Positions 53,574 through 64,000 of a stretch of DNA of 64,000 nucleotides are shown here, one piece after another. A program made the position numbers and the translations under genes. The stretch lies in NCBI GenBank assembly GCA_965220745.1, contig CBDCQT010000011.1:160001-224000 (forward strand), read 5' to 3'. The notes below the pieces were generated by a model, which worked only from the letters and a program-made list of their open reading frames with translations, made no database searches and was not told where the DNA came from. The stretch's first letter is position 1. Every line of letters begins with the position of its first letter. The stretch is from Alphaproteobacteria bacterium. Lineage in GTDB: Bacteria > Pseudomonadota > Alphaproteobacteria > UBA828.

Positions 53574-54386
53574 ATGAGGCTGGAGGGAAAGACCGCCGTC
53601 GTGACCGGCGGCGGGCGCGGCATCGGGCGCGAGATCGGCCGCCGCTTCGCCGCCGAGGGCGCGCACGTGCTGCTCGCCGACATCGACGGCAAGCGCGCAG
53701 AGGCCGCGGCCGCGGAGATCGGCGCGGCGGGCGGCCAGGCGACGCCCTGCACCGCCGACGTCGGCCTGCCGGAGGGCGTCCGGCACATGTACGAGACCGC
53801 CCAGGGCTGCTTCGGCGCACGCCTCGACATCCTCATCAACAACGCCGGTATCGCCCATCACGGCGCCTTCCTCGAGCTTTCGTTCGAGGACTGGGAGCGC
53901 GTGCTGCGCAACAACCTGACCAGTTCCTTCCTCTGCGCCCAGGGCGCCGCACGCATCATGGCGGCGCAGGGCGGCGGGCGGATCGTCAACATCGGATCGA
54001 TTTCGGGCCAGCGCGGCAGCTACGGGCGCACCGCCTACGGCGTCACCAAGGCGGGCATTCACCAGATGACGCGGATCATGGCGGTGGAGCTCGGCCCGCG
54101 CGGCATCGCGGTCAACGCCATAGCGCCTGGCCCCATCGATACCGGCATCACCAGCATGGGGCCGGATCAGGAGCGCCGCTACCTGGAGCGGATCCCGCTG
54201 GAGCGCTTCGGCCACGCCCGCGACATCGCGGGCACGGCGCTCTTCCTCGCGAGCGACGACGCGGCGTACCTTACCGGCAGCGTCGTCAACGTGGACGGCG
54301 GCTTCGACGCCGCCGGCCTCATCTTCAGCTACACGGAACTCACCACGGTGAAGAGCGATGTCCGAGACTCCTCCAAGAGCGACTGA
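53574..54386 (+). CDS. SDR-family oxidoreductase
   Basis: TGGGRGIG, INNAG, YGVTK, VNAIAPG. Confidence 0.92.
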   Translation: MRLEGKTAVVTGGGRGIGREIGRRFAAEGAHVLLADIDGKRAEAAAAEIGAAGGQATPCTADVGLPEGVRHMYETAQGCFGARLDILINNAGIAHHGAFLELSFEDWERVLRNNLTSSFLCAQGAARIMAAQGGGRIVNIGSISGQRGSYGRTAYGVTKAGIHQMTRIMAVELGPRGIAVNAIAPGPIDTGITSMGPDQERRYLERIPLERFGHARDIAGTALFLASDDAAYLTGSVVNVDGGFDAAGLIFSYTELTTVKSDVRDSSKSD

Positions 54387-54390
54387 GCCG

Positions 54391-55143
54391 ATGAAAATCA
54401 AGGGATGCGAGGCCTTCGTCACCGGCGCCGCCGGCGGTATCGGCACGCCCCTGGTAGCGGCGCTGGCCGAGCGCGGCGCCCAGCGCATTCACGCCGTCGA
54501 CCTGGCGCAACCGCTTGCGAAGGCGGCGTTTCCGGAACGTGCGGGCGTGGAGCCGCTTGCCCTCGACGTGACCGACGAGGCAGCGGTCCAGCGCGCCGCA
54601 GAGCAGTGCACGGGCGTCACGCTGGTCATCAACAACGCCGCCATCGTCGCCTGGGAGGGCGTGATGAGCGCGCCCACCCTCTCCACCGCCCGCACCGTGT
54701 TCGAGATCAACTACTGGGGTTATCTGCACGTGGCCCGCGCGTTTGCCCCGGTGCTGGCGCGGAACGGCGGCGGCGCGATGGCCAACGTGCTTTCCGAGGT
54801 AGCGCGGGTGAACGCGCCCTTCTGCGGCTCCTATTCCGCGAGCAAGGCGGCGGTCTGGTCCGCCACCCAGTGCATGCGGGCCGAGCTCGCTGCCCAGGGC
54901 ACCCACGTGCTCGCGGTCTTCCCGAGTTCGACCGACACCCCGATGATTGCGGGATTCGGCGGCGAGAAGCAGCCGCCGGAAGCGGTCGCTGAGGGCATTT
55001 GCGACGCGCTGGAGGAAGGCGTGGAGGACGTCTGCATCGGCGCCCATTCGCTCTATACCGAGGCGCTAATGCGGAACGATCCCAAGGCTGGGGAGCACGA
55101 GTTCGGGGCCATGCTGCCCGGCGCCGACGCTATCCCCGACTAG
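54391..55143 (+). CDS. SDR-family oxidoreductase
   Basis: TGAAGGIG, INNAA, YSASK. Confidence 0.88.
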   Translation: MKIKGCEAFVTGAAGGIGTPLVAALAERGAQRIHAVDLAQPLAKAAFPERAGVEPLALDVTDEAAVQRAAEQCTGVTLVINNAAIVAWEGVMSAPTLSTARTVFEINYWGYLHVARAFAPVLARNGGGAMANVLSEVARVNAPFCGSYSASKAAVWSATQCMRAELAAQGTHVLAVFPSSTDTPMIAGFGGEKQPPEAVAEGICDALEEGVEDVCIGAHSLYTEALMRNDPKAGEHEFGAMLPGADAIPD

Positions 55144-55175
55144 ACTCAGCATTGCGGAAGCGACAGCAGGCTCGC

Positions 55176-55235
55176 TATTCAAATTTACGCTCTAAAATTG
55201 AATAATGCAGCGGGCAATTGAGGAAACTTGAATAA
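55176..55235. promoter_or_regulatory. AT-rich inverted/direct repeat upstream of fic (operator candidate)
   Basis: TATTCAA (55176-55182) pairs with TTGAATA (55198-55204); TTGAATAA recurs at 55228. Confidence 0.5.
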
Positions 55236-55247
55236 GGTGGCACCGCC

Positions 55248-56411
55248 ATGCAGCGCGGGGAGGCCGGCAGGTACGAGAGCACGACCATAGGTGGCGAGCA
55301 AGTTCGCGCCTTCGTGCCGCTGCCTCTGCCGCCAAACCCTGCCTTGGCGCTGGATGGCTCTCTGCAACGCGCGCTCGAGGCCGCCACGCTCGCCCTCGGG
55401 CGGCTCGACGCGATCTCGACGCTGCTGCCCGACGACGCCATCTTCCTCTACGCCTATGTGCGCAAGGAGGCGGTGCTGACCTCCCAGATCGAGGGCACAC
55501 AGTCCACACTGTCAGACCTTCTGCTGTTCGAGCTGGAGGAGGCGCCCGGCGTTCCAGTCGAGGACGTCGTCGAGGTTTCGAACTATGTGGCAGCCCTCGA
55601 TCATGGCTTACGTCGGCTTGAGGAGGGCTTTCCGCTCAGCAATCGGCTGATCCGCGAGATTCACCGAGTCTTGCTGTCTCGCGGCCGAGGAAGCGGCAAG
55701 GCGCCGGGCGAATTTCGCCGCTCCCAGAATTGGATCGGCGGCACGCGGCCCGGCAACGCTGAATTCGTGCCGCCGCCCCACACCGCCGTGCCCGATTGCA
55801 TGGCATCGCTCGAACACTTCTGCCATGCGGACGACGAGATGCCCGTCCTCCTCCGCGCAGGACTGGCACATATCCAGTTCGAGACCATCCATCCCTTCCT
55901 GGACGGCAACGGGCGTGTGGGACGACTGCTGATCACACTCCTGCTCTGCAATGCGGGTGTGCTACGCCAGCCTCTCCTCTACCTGAGCCTCTACTTCAAG
56001 CAACGCCGCAGCGAGTACTACGACCTGTTGAACCACATACGGCGCACCGGCGACTGGGAAGAGTGGCTCGCTTTCTTTCTCGAAGGTGTGCGGGTCACGG
56101 CCGAGGGTGCGGTCGTCACCTCCCGCCGCTTGGTTGACATGTTCGCATCGGATCGGACCGCTATAGAACGGCATGTTGGCCGCCGCGCGGGCTCGGCACT
56201 GCGCGTGCACGACGCATTGAAGGCGCGGCCAATCGCGTCGCTGCCTCAGGTCTGCACAGACACGAGCCTATCGTTCCCGACTGCATCCGCCGCGATGCAG
56301 TCACTCGTAGAACAGGGCATCGCACGCGAACTGACTGGTAGGACCCGCAACAGAAAGTTCGCCTACGACCGCTACCTCTCCATCCTTGCTGAAGGAACCG
56401 AGGTGCCCTGA
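55248..56411 (+). CDS. Fic-family protein (class II, N-terminal inhibitory helix, C-terminal wHTH)
   Basis: Catalytic HPFLDGNGRVGR; TSQIEG inhibitory motif; GEFRRSQNWIGG. Confidence 0.93.
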   Translation: MQRGEAGRYESTTIGGEQVRAFVPLPLPPNPALALDGSLQRALEAATLALGRLDAISTLLPDDAIFLYAYVRKEAVLTSQIEGTQSTLSDLLLFELEEAPGVPVEDVVEVSNYVAALDHGLRRLEEGFPLSNRLIREIHRVLLSRGRGSGKAPGEFRRSQNWIGGTRPGNAEFVPPPHTAVPDCMASLEHFCHADDEMPVLLRAGLAHIQFETIHPFLDGNGRVGRLLITLLLCNAGVLRQPLLYLSLYFKQRRSEYYDLLNHIRRTGDWEEWLAFFLEGVRVTAEGAVVTSRRLVDMFASDRTAIERHVGRRAGSALRVHDALKARPIASLPQVCTDTSLSFPTASAAMQSLVEQGIARELTGRTRNRKFAYDRYLSILAEGTEVP

Positions 56412-56454
56412 TGCTACGCATACCAAGACCATGACCGCGGCGAGGGGAAGTGCC

Positions 56455-57291
56455 ATGATGCGGACCGTGAGATTGCCGGGCGGCGACGAGGTGGTGGCCC
56501 TCGGCCAGGGCACGTGGCGCATGGGCGAGCGCCGGGCGGCGCGCAAGGACGAAGTGGCGGCGCTTCAGCACGGCATCGCCTGCGGCATGACGCTCATCGA
56601 CACGGCGGAGATGTACGGCTCCGGCGGCGCTGAGAAGGTGATCGGCGAAGCCATCCGCGGGCAGCGCGACAAGGTCTACCTGGTGAGCAAGGTTCTGCCG
56701 TCGAACGCCGGGCGCAAGCGCATGGTCCGCGCTTGTGAGAAGAGCCTGAAGTGCCTCGGCACCGACTATCTCGACCTCTACCTGCTGCACTGGCGCAGCG
56801 GCACGTCCCTCGACGAGACCGTCGAAGGCTTCCTCGCGCTGCAGGAAGCCGGCAAGATCCGCCGCTTCGGGGTCAGTAATTTCGACGTCGACGACATGGA
56901 AGAGCTGTGGGAGACCCCGGACGGCCAAGGCTGCCAGACCAACCAGATCCTTTACAACCTGACGCGGCGCTGGCCGGAGGCGTCGCTCATGCCGTGGTCC
57001 CGGCGCAACGGCCAACCGCTCATGATCTATTCGCCGCTGGAGCAGGGCCGGCTGCCGGCGGGCGGTGCGCTCGGCGCCATCGCCGCCGCCCGCGGCGTGA
57101 CTGCGATGCAGGTGGCGCTCGCCTGGGTGCTGCGGCACGAGGACCTGTTCGTCGTGCCCAAGGCGAGCCGCATCGCCCACGTCGATGCGAATCTGGGCGC
57201 GCTCGACATCGCGCTCACCGGCGACGAGCTTGCCGCGCTGGATGAGGCGTTTCCGCCGCCGGCCGGCACCGCACCCCTCGAAATCCTATAG
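56455..57291 (+). CDS. Aldo/keto reductase
   Basis: LGQGTW, IDTAEMYG, YLDLYLLHW, GVSNF, NQILYNL, YSPL. Confidence 0.93.
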   Translation: MMRTVRLPGGDEVVALGQGTWRMGERRAARKDEVAALQHGIACGMTLIDTAEMYGSGGAEKVIGEAIRGQRDKVYLVSKVLPSNAGRKRMVRACEKSLKCLGTDYLDLYLLHWRSGTSLDETVEGFLALQEAGKIRRFGVSNFDVDDMEELWETPDGQGCQTNQILYNLTRRWPEASLMPWSRRNGQPLMIYSPLEQGRLPAGGALGAIAAARGVTAMQVALAWVLRHEDLFVVPKASRIAHVDANLGALDIALTGDELAALDEAFPPPAGTAPLEIL

Positions 57292-57313
57292 GGAGTGCTG
57301 GGGCGCAGGAGCG

Positions 57314-58204
57314 TCAGTCGCCCTGGCCGATCATCTTCATGATGCCGGAGAAGTCGTCCGCCCCGTTGCCTGCGTTGCAGAAGAGCGTGTAGAGCGCCGC
57401 CGCCTCCGCGCCGAGCGGCGATGCCGCGCCGGCCGAGGCCGCGGCGGTCTGGGCGAGGCGCAGGTCCTTCAGCATCATGGCCGCCGTGAAGCCCGGCGCG
57501 TAGTCGCGGTTGGACGGCGCGTTCGGCACCGGCCCCGGCACCGGGCAGTAGGAGGTGAGCGCCCAGCACTGGCCGGTCGCCTTGGAGACGATGTCGAAGA
57601 GGGTCTGGCGCTCCAGCCCGAGCCGGTCCGCCATCCCGAAGGCCTCGCAGACCCCGATCATCGAGACCGCGAGGATCAGGTTGTTGCAGACCTTGGCGGT
57701 CTGGCCGGCACCGGAGGAGCCCGCATGGATCACCGCCTTGCCCATGTCGCCCAGCACCGGCCGGGAACGCTCCACCGCCTCGGTTTCGCCGCCCACCATG
57801 AAGGTGAGCGTGCCCGCTGCGGCGCCCGCGACACCGCCAGAAACCGGAGAATCCAGCAGCGCCCAGCCACCTTCCGCCGCCGTCGCGGCGACCGCGCGGG
57901 CGGTATCCACGTCGATGGTCGAGCAATCGATCAGCAGCGTGCCGGGCGCCGCCACCGAGAGCACGCCGCCCTCGCCGCGATAGACCTCCGACACCTCGGC
58001 GCCGGAGGGAAGCATGGTGATGACCACCTCGCGCCCCGCTGCAGCCTCGGCCACCGTGCTCGCCGTTACACAACCTGCCTCTCGGGCCCTCTCCACGGCA
58101 TCCGCGCTGATGTCGAAGGCGGAGACGGCGTGGCCGGCCTTCGCCAGATTGGCGGCCATCGGCCCTCCCATGTTGCCGAGCCCGATGAAACCCACTTCAG
58201 CCAT
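57314..58204 (-). CDS. mmsB: 3-hydroxyisobutyrate dehydrogenase
   Basis: GFIGLGNMGGPMA, DSPVSGG, KVCNN, YCPVPGPVP, MLKDL. Confidence 0.93.
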   Translation of the reverse strand: MAEVGFIGLGNMGGPMAANLAKAGHAVSAFDISADAVERAREAGCVTASTVAEAAAGREVVITMLPSGAEVSEVYRGEGGVLSVAAPGTLLIDCSTIDVDTARAVAATAAEGGWALLDSPVSGGVAGAAAGTLTFMVGGETEAVERSRPVLGDMGKAVIHAGSSGAGQTAKVCNNLILAVSMIGVCEAFGMADRLGLERQTLFDIVSKATGQCWALTSYCPVPGPVPNAPSNRDYAPGFTAAMMLKDLRLAQTAAASAGAASPLGAEAAALYTLFCNAGNGADDFSGIMKMIGQGD

Positions 58205-58257
58205 GTCGAAATCTCCCTCCCGCATCCGTCAGCGACTGGGATGCCGCTGGCGGCCTT

Positions 58258-59325
58258 TCACCACGTCATGTCGCCCTTGGGCGGCTCCTCGAAATAGGCA
58301 TCGACCGCCGCCGCCGTCACTTCCTCCAGGCACGCCGGGCGCCAGGCCGGGTTGCGGTCTTTGTCGACGATTTGGGCGCGGATGCCCTCGAAGAAGTCGA
58401 AGCCCAAGTTGCAGTGCATGGCGAGGCGGTATTCCAGCGCCATCGCCTCCTCGAAGTCCCGCTCGCCGTACTCCGTGAGCTGTTTGTATGAGACCTTGAG
58501 GCTGGTCGGCGATTTCTGGAGGAGCGTCGCGAGCGTCTCCGCCGCCCAGTCCGAGCCCTCGGCCTCGAGGTTGGTGACGGTCTCCTCCACCGAGCCCGCA
58601 TCGAAGCAGCGGTCGATCGCCGCCTGATGCGCGGCGAGAGGGGCCGGTCCTAGGTCTGCGGCGCTCTCCGCCAGCATTCGGTCGACGGCCGCGTGCGCGT
58701 CGCCGCCGAGGTCCGCCGCCAGCAGAGTCTCGTCCAGCGCCTGCAGGGCGTCGCTCGCCACCACGTGGGACGCGAGCCCCAAGTAGAGCGAATCCGCCGC
58801 GCCGATGCGCGCACCGGTGAGGCCGAGATAGAGCCCGGCTTTGCCCCTGAGCCTGGGCAGAAAGTACGTCGCGCCGACATCGGGGAAGAGCCCGATCCCT
58901 GTCTCCGGCATGGCGAAGAGCGCGCGCTCGGTCATCACGCGGTGCGAGCCGTGGATCGAGATACCGACGCCGCCCCCCATGACCACGCCGTCGATCAGCG
59001 CGACGTAGGGCTTGGGATAGCGGAAGACGAAAGTGTTGAGCCGGTATTCCTGGGCGTAGAAGACCGTGGCGAAGTCGCGCTCCGGATCGTCCCGCTCACC
59101 GTAGAGGAGGCGGATGTCGCCGCCGGCGCAGAAGGGCACGCGCCCGTCCTCCCGCGCCGCGCCGCGAATGACCACGGCGGCGATCGCGGGGTCCTCCGCC
59201 CACTCCTTGAGCCTCGCGTCGAGGTCCAGCACCATCGGCTGGGTCAGCGCGTTCAGCGCCTTGGGCCGGTTCAGCGTGACACTGCCGACCCGGCCCTTCC
59301 GTTCCAGGATGATCTCGTCGCTCAC
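58258..59325 (-). CDS. 3-hydroxyisobutyryl-CoA hydrolase (crotonase family)
   Basis: LNRPKALNAL, FCAGGDI, MGGGVG, AMPETGIGLFPDVG, EGIRAQIVDKD. Confidence 0.88.
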   Translation of the reverse strand: MSDEIILERKGRVGSVTLNRPKALNALTQPMVLDLDARLKEWAEDPAIAAVVIRGAAREDGRVPFCAGGDIRLLYGERDDPERDFATVFYAQEYRLNTFVFRYPKPYVALIDGVVMGGGVGISIHGSHRVMTERALFAMPETGIGLFPDVGATYFLPRLRGKAGLYLGLTGARIGAADSLYLGLASHVVASDALQALDETLLAADLGGDAHAAVDRMLAESAADLGPAPLAAHQAAIDRCFDAGSVEETVTNLEAEGSDWAAETLATLLQKSPTSLKVSYKQLTEYGERDFEEAMALEYRLAMHCNLGFDFFEGIRAQIVDKDRNPAWRPACLEEVTAAAVDAYFEEPPKGDMTW

Positions 59326-59407
59326 GGTCGCTCCGCCCCGGTCAAATGCCGGCGCATCCTACGGATAAGCCCTCAGTGGGGAAATAGGCGCTTGGTGGTG
59401 TCCCGCG

Positions 59408-60547
59408 TCACTCCGCCAGCAGGCGGCGGGCGATGATGAGGCGCATGATCTCGTTGGTGCCTTCCAGTATCTGGTGGACCCGCAGGTCCCTGAGATGGCG
59501 CTCCACGGGGAAATCCATCAGATAGCCGTAGCCGCCGAGTAGCTGCAGCGCCTGGTTGCAGACCTCGAAGCCCGTGTCCGTGGCGAAGCGCTTGGCCATG
59601 GCGATGGTGGCGGTGGCACCGTCCTCGCGTGCGTCGAGCGCGGCTGCGGCCCGGTGGATCATCAGACGGGCAGCCTCCAGGTTCGTCGCCATGTCGGCGA
59701 GCGTGAACTGCAGCGCCTGGAAGTCGGCGAGCTTGCGGCCGAACTGCTCGCGCTGGAGCAGGTGGTCGCGGGCGATCTCCAGGCTCGCCTGGGCGGCCCC
59801 CAGCGAGCAGGCGCCGATGTTGATGCGCCCGCCGTCGAGGCCCGCCATGGCGATCTTGAAGCCCTGGCCTTCAGAGCCGATGAGGTTTTCGGCCGGCACG
59901 CGGCAATCCTCGAAGATCACCATCGCCGTCGGCTGACTGTGCCAGCCGAGCTTCTTCTCCTGCGCGCCGAAGCCGAGGCCGGGCGTATCGCGTTCGACCG
60001 CGATGCAGGAGATGCCGCCTGGTCCCGGCCCGCCGGTCCGCACCATGCAGACGTAGACATCCGCGTGGCCGCCGCCGGAGATGAAGGCCTTGGTGCCGTT
60101 CAGCACGTAGTGCTCGCCGTCCCGGCGCGCGCTGGCCTTGAGCGAGGCGGCGTCGGAGCCCGAGCCCGGCTCGGTCAGGCAATAGCTCGCGAAGTGCTCC
60201 ATGCTCGCAAGACGCGGCAGGAAGCGCTTGCGCTGGGCCTCGCCGCCGAAGCGGTCGATCATCCAGGACGCCATGTTGTGGATCGAGATATAGGCTGCGG
60301 TCGACGCGCAGCCTCGCGCCAAGCCCTCGAAGATCAGCGCGGCGTCGAGCCGAGTCAGGTTCGACCCGCCGACGTCGTCGCCCACGTAGATGCCGCCGAA
60401 GCCGAGCGACGCGGCCTTGCGCAGCGTCTCCACCGGGAAGGTGCAGTCCCGGTCCCACTGGGGGGCGAAGGGGGCGAGCTCGTTCTCGGCAAAGCTCTGC
60501 GCGAGCTCGCGGAATGCCTCTTGCTCTTCGGAAAGGCTGAAATCCAT
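59408..60547 (-). CDS. Acyl-CoA dehydrogenase (isobutyryl-CoA dehydrogenase-like)
   Basis: [46 protein letters not shown]; clustered with the hydrolase and mmsB. Confidence 0.9.
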   Translation of the reverse strand: MDFSLSEEQEAFRELAQSFAENELAPFAPQWDRDCTFPVETLRKAASLGFGGIYVGDDVGGSNLTRLDAALIFEGLARGCASTAAYISIHNMASWMIDRFGGEAQRKRFLPRLASMEHFASYCLTEPGSGSDAASLKASARRDGEHYVLNGTKAFISGGGHADVYVCMVRTGGPGPGGISCIAVERDTPGLGFGAQEKKLGWHSQPTAMVIFEDCRVPAENLIGSEGQGFKIAMAGLDGGRINIGACSLGAAQASLEIARDHLLQREQFGRKLADFQALQFTLADMATNLEAARLMIHRAAAALDAREDGATATIAMAKRFATDTGFEVCNQALQLLGGYGYLMDFPVERHLRDLRVHQILEGTNEIMRLIIARRLLAE

Positions 60548-60554
60548 GACCGGC

Positions 60555-61649
60555 CTAACTTAGCGAGCGCCGGCGCACCTGGGCGAGACGAAATATCAGG
60601 GGGGCCACGATCACGATCAGCATGATCCGCGCGATGTGATGGGTCGAGACGAAGGCGGCGGCGCTCCCCATGGTGAGCGCGATCAGGCTCATCTCGGCAA
60701 GCCCACCGGGGGCGAACGCGAGGAACAGGACCGGACCCGACTGGCCCGCGACGGCGGCGAGGCCGTAGGCCGCGCCGGCCGTGACCAGCACCATCATCAC
60801 CCCCACCAGCCCAGCCAGCAGCATGATTCGCCTAAGCTCGCTGAACGCCATGCCTACGAAGCGCGCCCCGATGGCGCCGCCGAGAACCACCTGGGCGGCC
60901 GCGATCAGCTCGCCCGGCGGCTGCGCCGAGACCAGCCCGCTCAGGTGTAGGGCGGCGCTCAGCACCATCGGCCCCACCAGTTGCGCCGCCGGCACCTTGA
61001 GCGCCTTCGCTGCCGGGTAGCCCACCAGCGCACAGGCGATCAGTGCGAGGATGTCGATCCAGTCTGCCGCCTCGCCAGCGGGCACCGGCAGCCCCACCGG
61101 GGCAACGCCCTCGACCAGCCGGAAGTAGAAGGCGATCAGGAAGACAGCGACGAGGATGCGGGTGGCGTGGGTGAGCGAGATCGTGCGCCCGTCGCCGCCC
61201 ATGCTCTCGCCCAGCACCATCATCTCGCTGAGCCCGCCCGGCATCGACGAGAAGTAGGCGGACACCCGGTCGTAGCCCCCCAGCTTGCGGAAGACGACAT
61301 AGGCCATGCCCGCCGCTAACGCCGTGGAGAGCACCACGCCCGAGAGGCCCACGTACCACTCCGCGATCCGGCCGAAGAGGTCGATGGTGAACTGGCTGCC
61401 CAGCAGCACGCCGAGGATCGCGATCATGACGTTGCGGACCTGGGCGGGGACCATGATCGGCGCCCCGGCGAGCGCCGCCCCTGTCGCCACGGTCATGGCG
61501 CCCAGCATCCAGGGCAGCGGCAGCGCTAGCGCAAAGAAGATTGCCCCGCCGACGGTGCCGAGGCCGACGGCCAGCGCGAAGCGCAAGCCGGCGATGCGCA
61601 GCCGCGCGGCCTGCCAGCGCGGGCCAAATGGGATGTCGAACGGTTTCAC
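60555..61649 (-). CDS. AbrB-family (duplicated) membrane protein
   Basis: [15 protein letters not shown] and PGGLAEM internal repeat, many TM helices. Confidence 0.85.
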   Translation of the reverse strand: MKPFDIPFGPRWQAARLRIAGLRFALAVGLGTVGGAIFFALALPLPWMLGAMTVATGAALAGAPIMVPAQVRNVMIAILGVLLGSQFTIDLFGRIAEWYVGLSGVVLSTALAAGMAYVVFRKLGGYDRVSAYFSSMPGGLSEMMVLGESMGGDGRTISLTHATRILVAVFLIAFYFRLVEGVAPVGLPVPAGEAADWIDILALIACALVGYPAAKALKVPAAQLVGPMVLSAALHLSGLVSAQPPGELIAAAQVVLGGAIGARFVGMAFSELRRIMLLAGLVGVMMVLVTAGAAYGLAAVAGQSGPVLFLAFAPGGLAEMSLIALTMGSAAAFVSTHHIARIMLIVIVAPLIFRLAQVRRRSLS

Positions 61650-61680
61650 GGGCCGCCCCCGGCTCGCGGCGTTACACCCC

Positions 61681-62448
61681 TCAGGGGGTGAACTGCTCGG
61701 TGAGGATGCGCTCGGTGAGGCTGTGCTCGGGATCGAACAGGAGGTTGATCGCCGTCGCGTGATCGACCGCGACCTCGACCGACGCCACGTCGCGCACCTC
61801 GGTGTAGTCGGCGACCGCGCTGACCGGGCGCTTGTCGTGCTCGATCACCTCGAGCCGCACGGTGGCCTCATGCAACAGCAGAGCGCCCCGCCAGCGGCGC
61901 GGGCGGAAGGCGCTGATCGGCGTGAGCGCCAGGATGTTGGCGCCGAGCGGTATGATCGGGCCGTGGGCCGAGAGGTTGTAGGCCGTGCTGCCGGCGGGCG
62001 TCGCCACGATCACGCCGTCGCAGATCAGTTCTTCCACCCGCACGACACCGTCCACGCTGATCCTGATTTTCGCGGCCTGGCGGGTCTCCCGCAGCATCGA
62101 GACCTCGTTGATGGCGAGCGCTTCCCGCGTCTCGCCGTGGATCGTCTCGGCCCGCATGCTGAGGGGGTGCAGGACCGTGCTGTGCGCCTGCTCCAGCCGC
62201 GCCGGCAGGTCGTGGAGGGAGAATTCGTTCATCAAAAAGCCGACCGTGCCCCGGCTCATGCCGTAGATCGGCTTGGCTTGGCGGAGCAGGCGGTGCTGGG
62301 TCTCCAGCATGAAGCCGTCGCCGCCGAGGGCGACGATGACGTCAGCGTCGGTTGGCTCGGTCAGGGAGTAGCGTGCGGCGATCTCGGCCAGCGCGTCTTG
62401 AGCATCGGCGGCGGTCGACGCGACGGCGGCCATCCTCCGATAACGCAT
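61681..62448 (-). CDS. nadK: NAD kinase
   Basis: [40 protein letters not shown]. Confidence 0.94.
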   Translation of the reverse strand: MRYRRMAAVASTAADAQDALAEIAARYSLTEPTDADVIVALGGDGFMLETQHRLLRQAKPIYGMSRGTVGFLMNEFSLHDLPARLEQAHSTVLHPLSMRAETIHGETREALAINEVSMLRETRQAAKIRISVDGVVRVEELICDGVIVATPAGSTAYNLSAHGPIIPLGANILALTPISAFRPRRWRGALLLHEATVRLEVIEHDKRPVSAVADYTEVRDVASVEVAVDHATAINLLFDPEHSLTERILTEQFTP

Positions 62449-62506
62449 GGGGTCTCCCGATGGACTACGCCGAAGCGGCGCGGAGCGCGGGCTGGGCGGC
62501 GGCCGG

Positions 62507-63499
62507 TCAGCCGCCGGTCACGCTCATGTGGCGGTCGACCGCTGGGCCAGTATGGCGGCGGTCGATGATGAAGTCGTGGCCCTTGGGCTTGCGCCCGATC
62601 GCCTCGTGGATCGCCTCGACCAGAGCCTCGTCGCTCTCGCTGCGGCGGAGCGGGGTGCGCAGGTCAGCCGCGTCCTCCTGGCCCAGGCACATGTAGAGCG
62701 TACCGGTGCAGGTGAGGCGAACCCGGTTGCAGGATTCGCAGAAATTATGGGTGAGGGGCGTGATGAAGCCGATCCGCTGGCCGGTCTCGCGCACGGTGAC
62801 GTAGCGCGCGGGCCCGCCGGTGCGATGGTCGCTCTCGTCCAGAGTCCAGCGCTTGCGCAGCCGCGCGCGGACGAGGGAGAGCGGCAGGTAGTGCTCGGTG
62901 CGGTCGCCGTCGATGTCGCCGAGCGGCATGGTTTCGATGAAGGTGATGTCCTGGCCCTCGGCGGCGCACCACTCGATCAGGTCCTCGATCTCGTCTTCGT
63001 TGACGCCGCGCATCGCCACGGTGTTGATCTTGACCTTGAGCCCCGCCGCGCGTGCCGCCTCGATCCCCTCCAGCACCTGGTCGAGCCGGCCCCAGCGGGT
63101 GATCTCCGCGAATTTCGCAGGATCGCGCGTGTCGAGGGAGATGTTGATGCGGCGCACGCCGGCGGCGTAGAGGCCCTCCGCGTGGCGCGGCAACTGGCTG
63201 CCGTTGGTGGTGAGCGTGAGCTCGTCGAGCGCACCGGTCCGCAAGTGACGGCCCAGGCTCTCGAACAGCCCCATGACGCCCTTCCGCACCAACGGCTCGC
63301 CCCCGGTGATGCGGAGCTTGCGCACCCCGAGGCCGACGAAGGCGCTACACAGCCGATCCAGCTCCTCCAGTGTCAACAGCTCCGCCTTCGGCAGGAAACT
63401 CATGTGCTCCGACATGCAATAGAAGCAGCGGAAGTCGCACCGGTCCGTAACCGAGACCCGCAGGTAGGTGACGTGGCGCTCGAATGGGTCGATCAGCAT
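62507..63499 (-). CDS. moaA: GTP 3',8-cyclase (Moco biosynthesis, radical SAM)
   Basis: [34 protein letters not shown]-terminal MSVTGG. Confidence 0.97.
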   Translation of the reverse strand: MLIDPFERHVTYLRVSVTDRCDFRCFYCMSEHMSFLPKAELLTLEELDRLCSAFVGLGVRKLRITGGEPLVRKGVMGLFESLGRHLRTGALDELTLTTNGSQLPRHAEGLYAAGVRRINISLDTRDPAKFAEITRWGRLDQVLEGIEAARAAGLKVKINTVAMRGVNEDEIEDLIEWCAAEGQDITFIETMPLGDIDGDRTEHYLPLSLVRARLRKRWTLDESDHRTGGPARYVTVRETGQRIGFITPLTHNFCESCNRVRLTCTGTLYMCLGQEDAADLRTPLRRSESDEALVEAIHEAIGRKPKGHDFIIDRRHTGPAVDRHMSVTGG

Positions 63500-63684
63500 G
63501 GCTTCCGCTCCGCGGGCGCGCGTCGTAACCTCCGCCGCGCGCCGGCCAGCATACTACGCGAGGGCGCCGAATTTCTCCCGGAGAATCTGGGCACGATCGG
63601 GGTGGCGTCAACCGTCCCGCTCGCACAGCAATGGAGGCTGCTGGTAGGATCGGGAGCGAAGGGCCGCGAAGTGGAGCGCGCAGA

Positions 63685-64000
63685 ATGACGGAATCAGTGG
63701 TCCCGGTCATCGATATTGCGCCGTTTCTCGCCGGCGGACGCGAGGACAAGGCGCGGGTCGCCGCTCAGGTGGACGACGCCTGCCGCGAGATCGGCTTCCT
63801 CGTCATCGCGGGCCACGGCGTCGCGCAAGCGCAGATCGACGAGATGCGCCACGTCACCCGCGCCTTCTTCGACCTGCCCTATTGGGAGAAGCTCAGGGTC
63901 AAGATGCCGCCCGACCGCTACCGCGGGCTAATGACCGTGGGCAGCGAGGACGTGGCCTACAGCATGGACGCCGACGAGGGCGCGCCTGACTGGCGCGAGA
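63685..64000 (+). CDS. IPNS-like 2OG-Fe(II) oxygenase, 5' part (runs off the right edge)
   Basis: Translated by hand: MTESVVPVIDIAPF...ACREIGFLVIAGHGV...FFDLP...RYRG, matching the DIOX_N pattern. Confidence 0.85.
   Translation, partial: MTESVVPVIDIAPFLAGGREDKARVAAQVDDACREIGFLVIAGHGVAQAQIDEMRHVTRAFFDLPYWEKLRVKMPPDRYRGLMTVGSEDVAYSMDADEGAPDWRE

Noticed and set aside
63500-63684. Moco riboswitch upstream of moaA
   Set aside because: No recognisable consensus; only short GC-rich palindromes.

Overview
High-GC bacterial chromosome segment, inferred to be alphaproteobacterial from the rplU-rpmA-obgE-proBA-nadD-rsfS-rlmH and J-domain-cobS-cobT gene orders. It holds about 60 genes. Housekeeping and metabolic genes include lipid A (waaA end, lpxK, acyltransferase), ribosome and proline genes, etfBA-hbd, potFGHI with puuA/puuB-like polyamine catabolism, a CUT1 ABC transporter, pccBA, creatinase, P450, two GMC oxidoreductases, cobST, SDRs, Fic, valine catabolism, NAD kinase and moaA. 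I found no rRNA, tRNA, CRISPR array, integrase or transposase. The most unusual part is a lower-GC patch at about 33560-35085. A 93-aa basic orphan gene is followed, from the base after its stop codon, by a ~210-nt element closed by a perfect 10-bp helix. That element contains an 11-bp hairpin and a 20-bp helix crossed by an 8-bp helix, and another ~680 nt of helix-rich non-coding DNA follows. This is a candidate small-protein/large structured RNA system. Smaller observations: probable non-canonical starts (ATA for rsfS, CTG for an LLM gene), a 4-codon coupling ORF, an L21 with a repetitive tail, a 10-bp-phased repeat array and several operator-like sites. All calls come from reading motifs by eye; no searches or folding programs were run.
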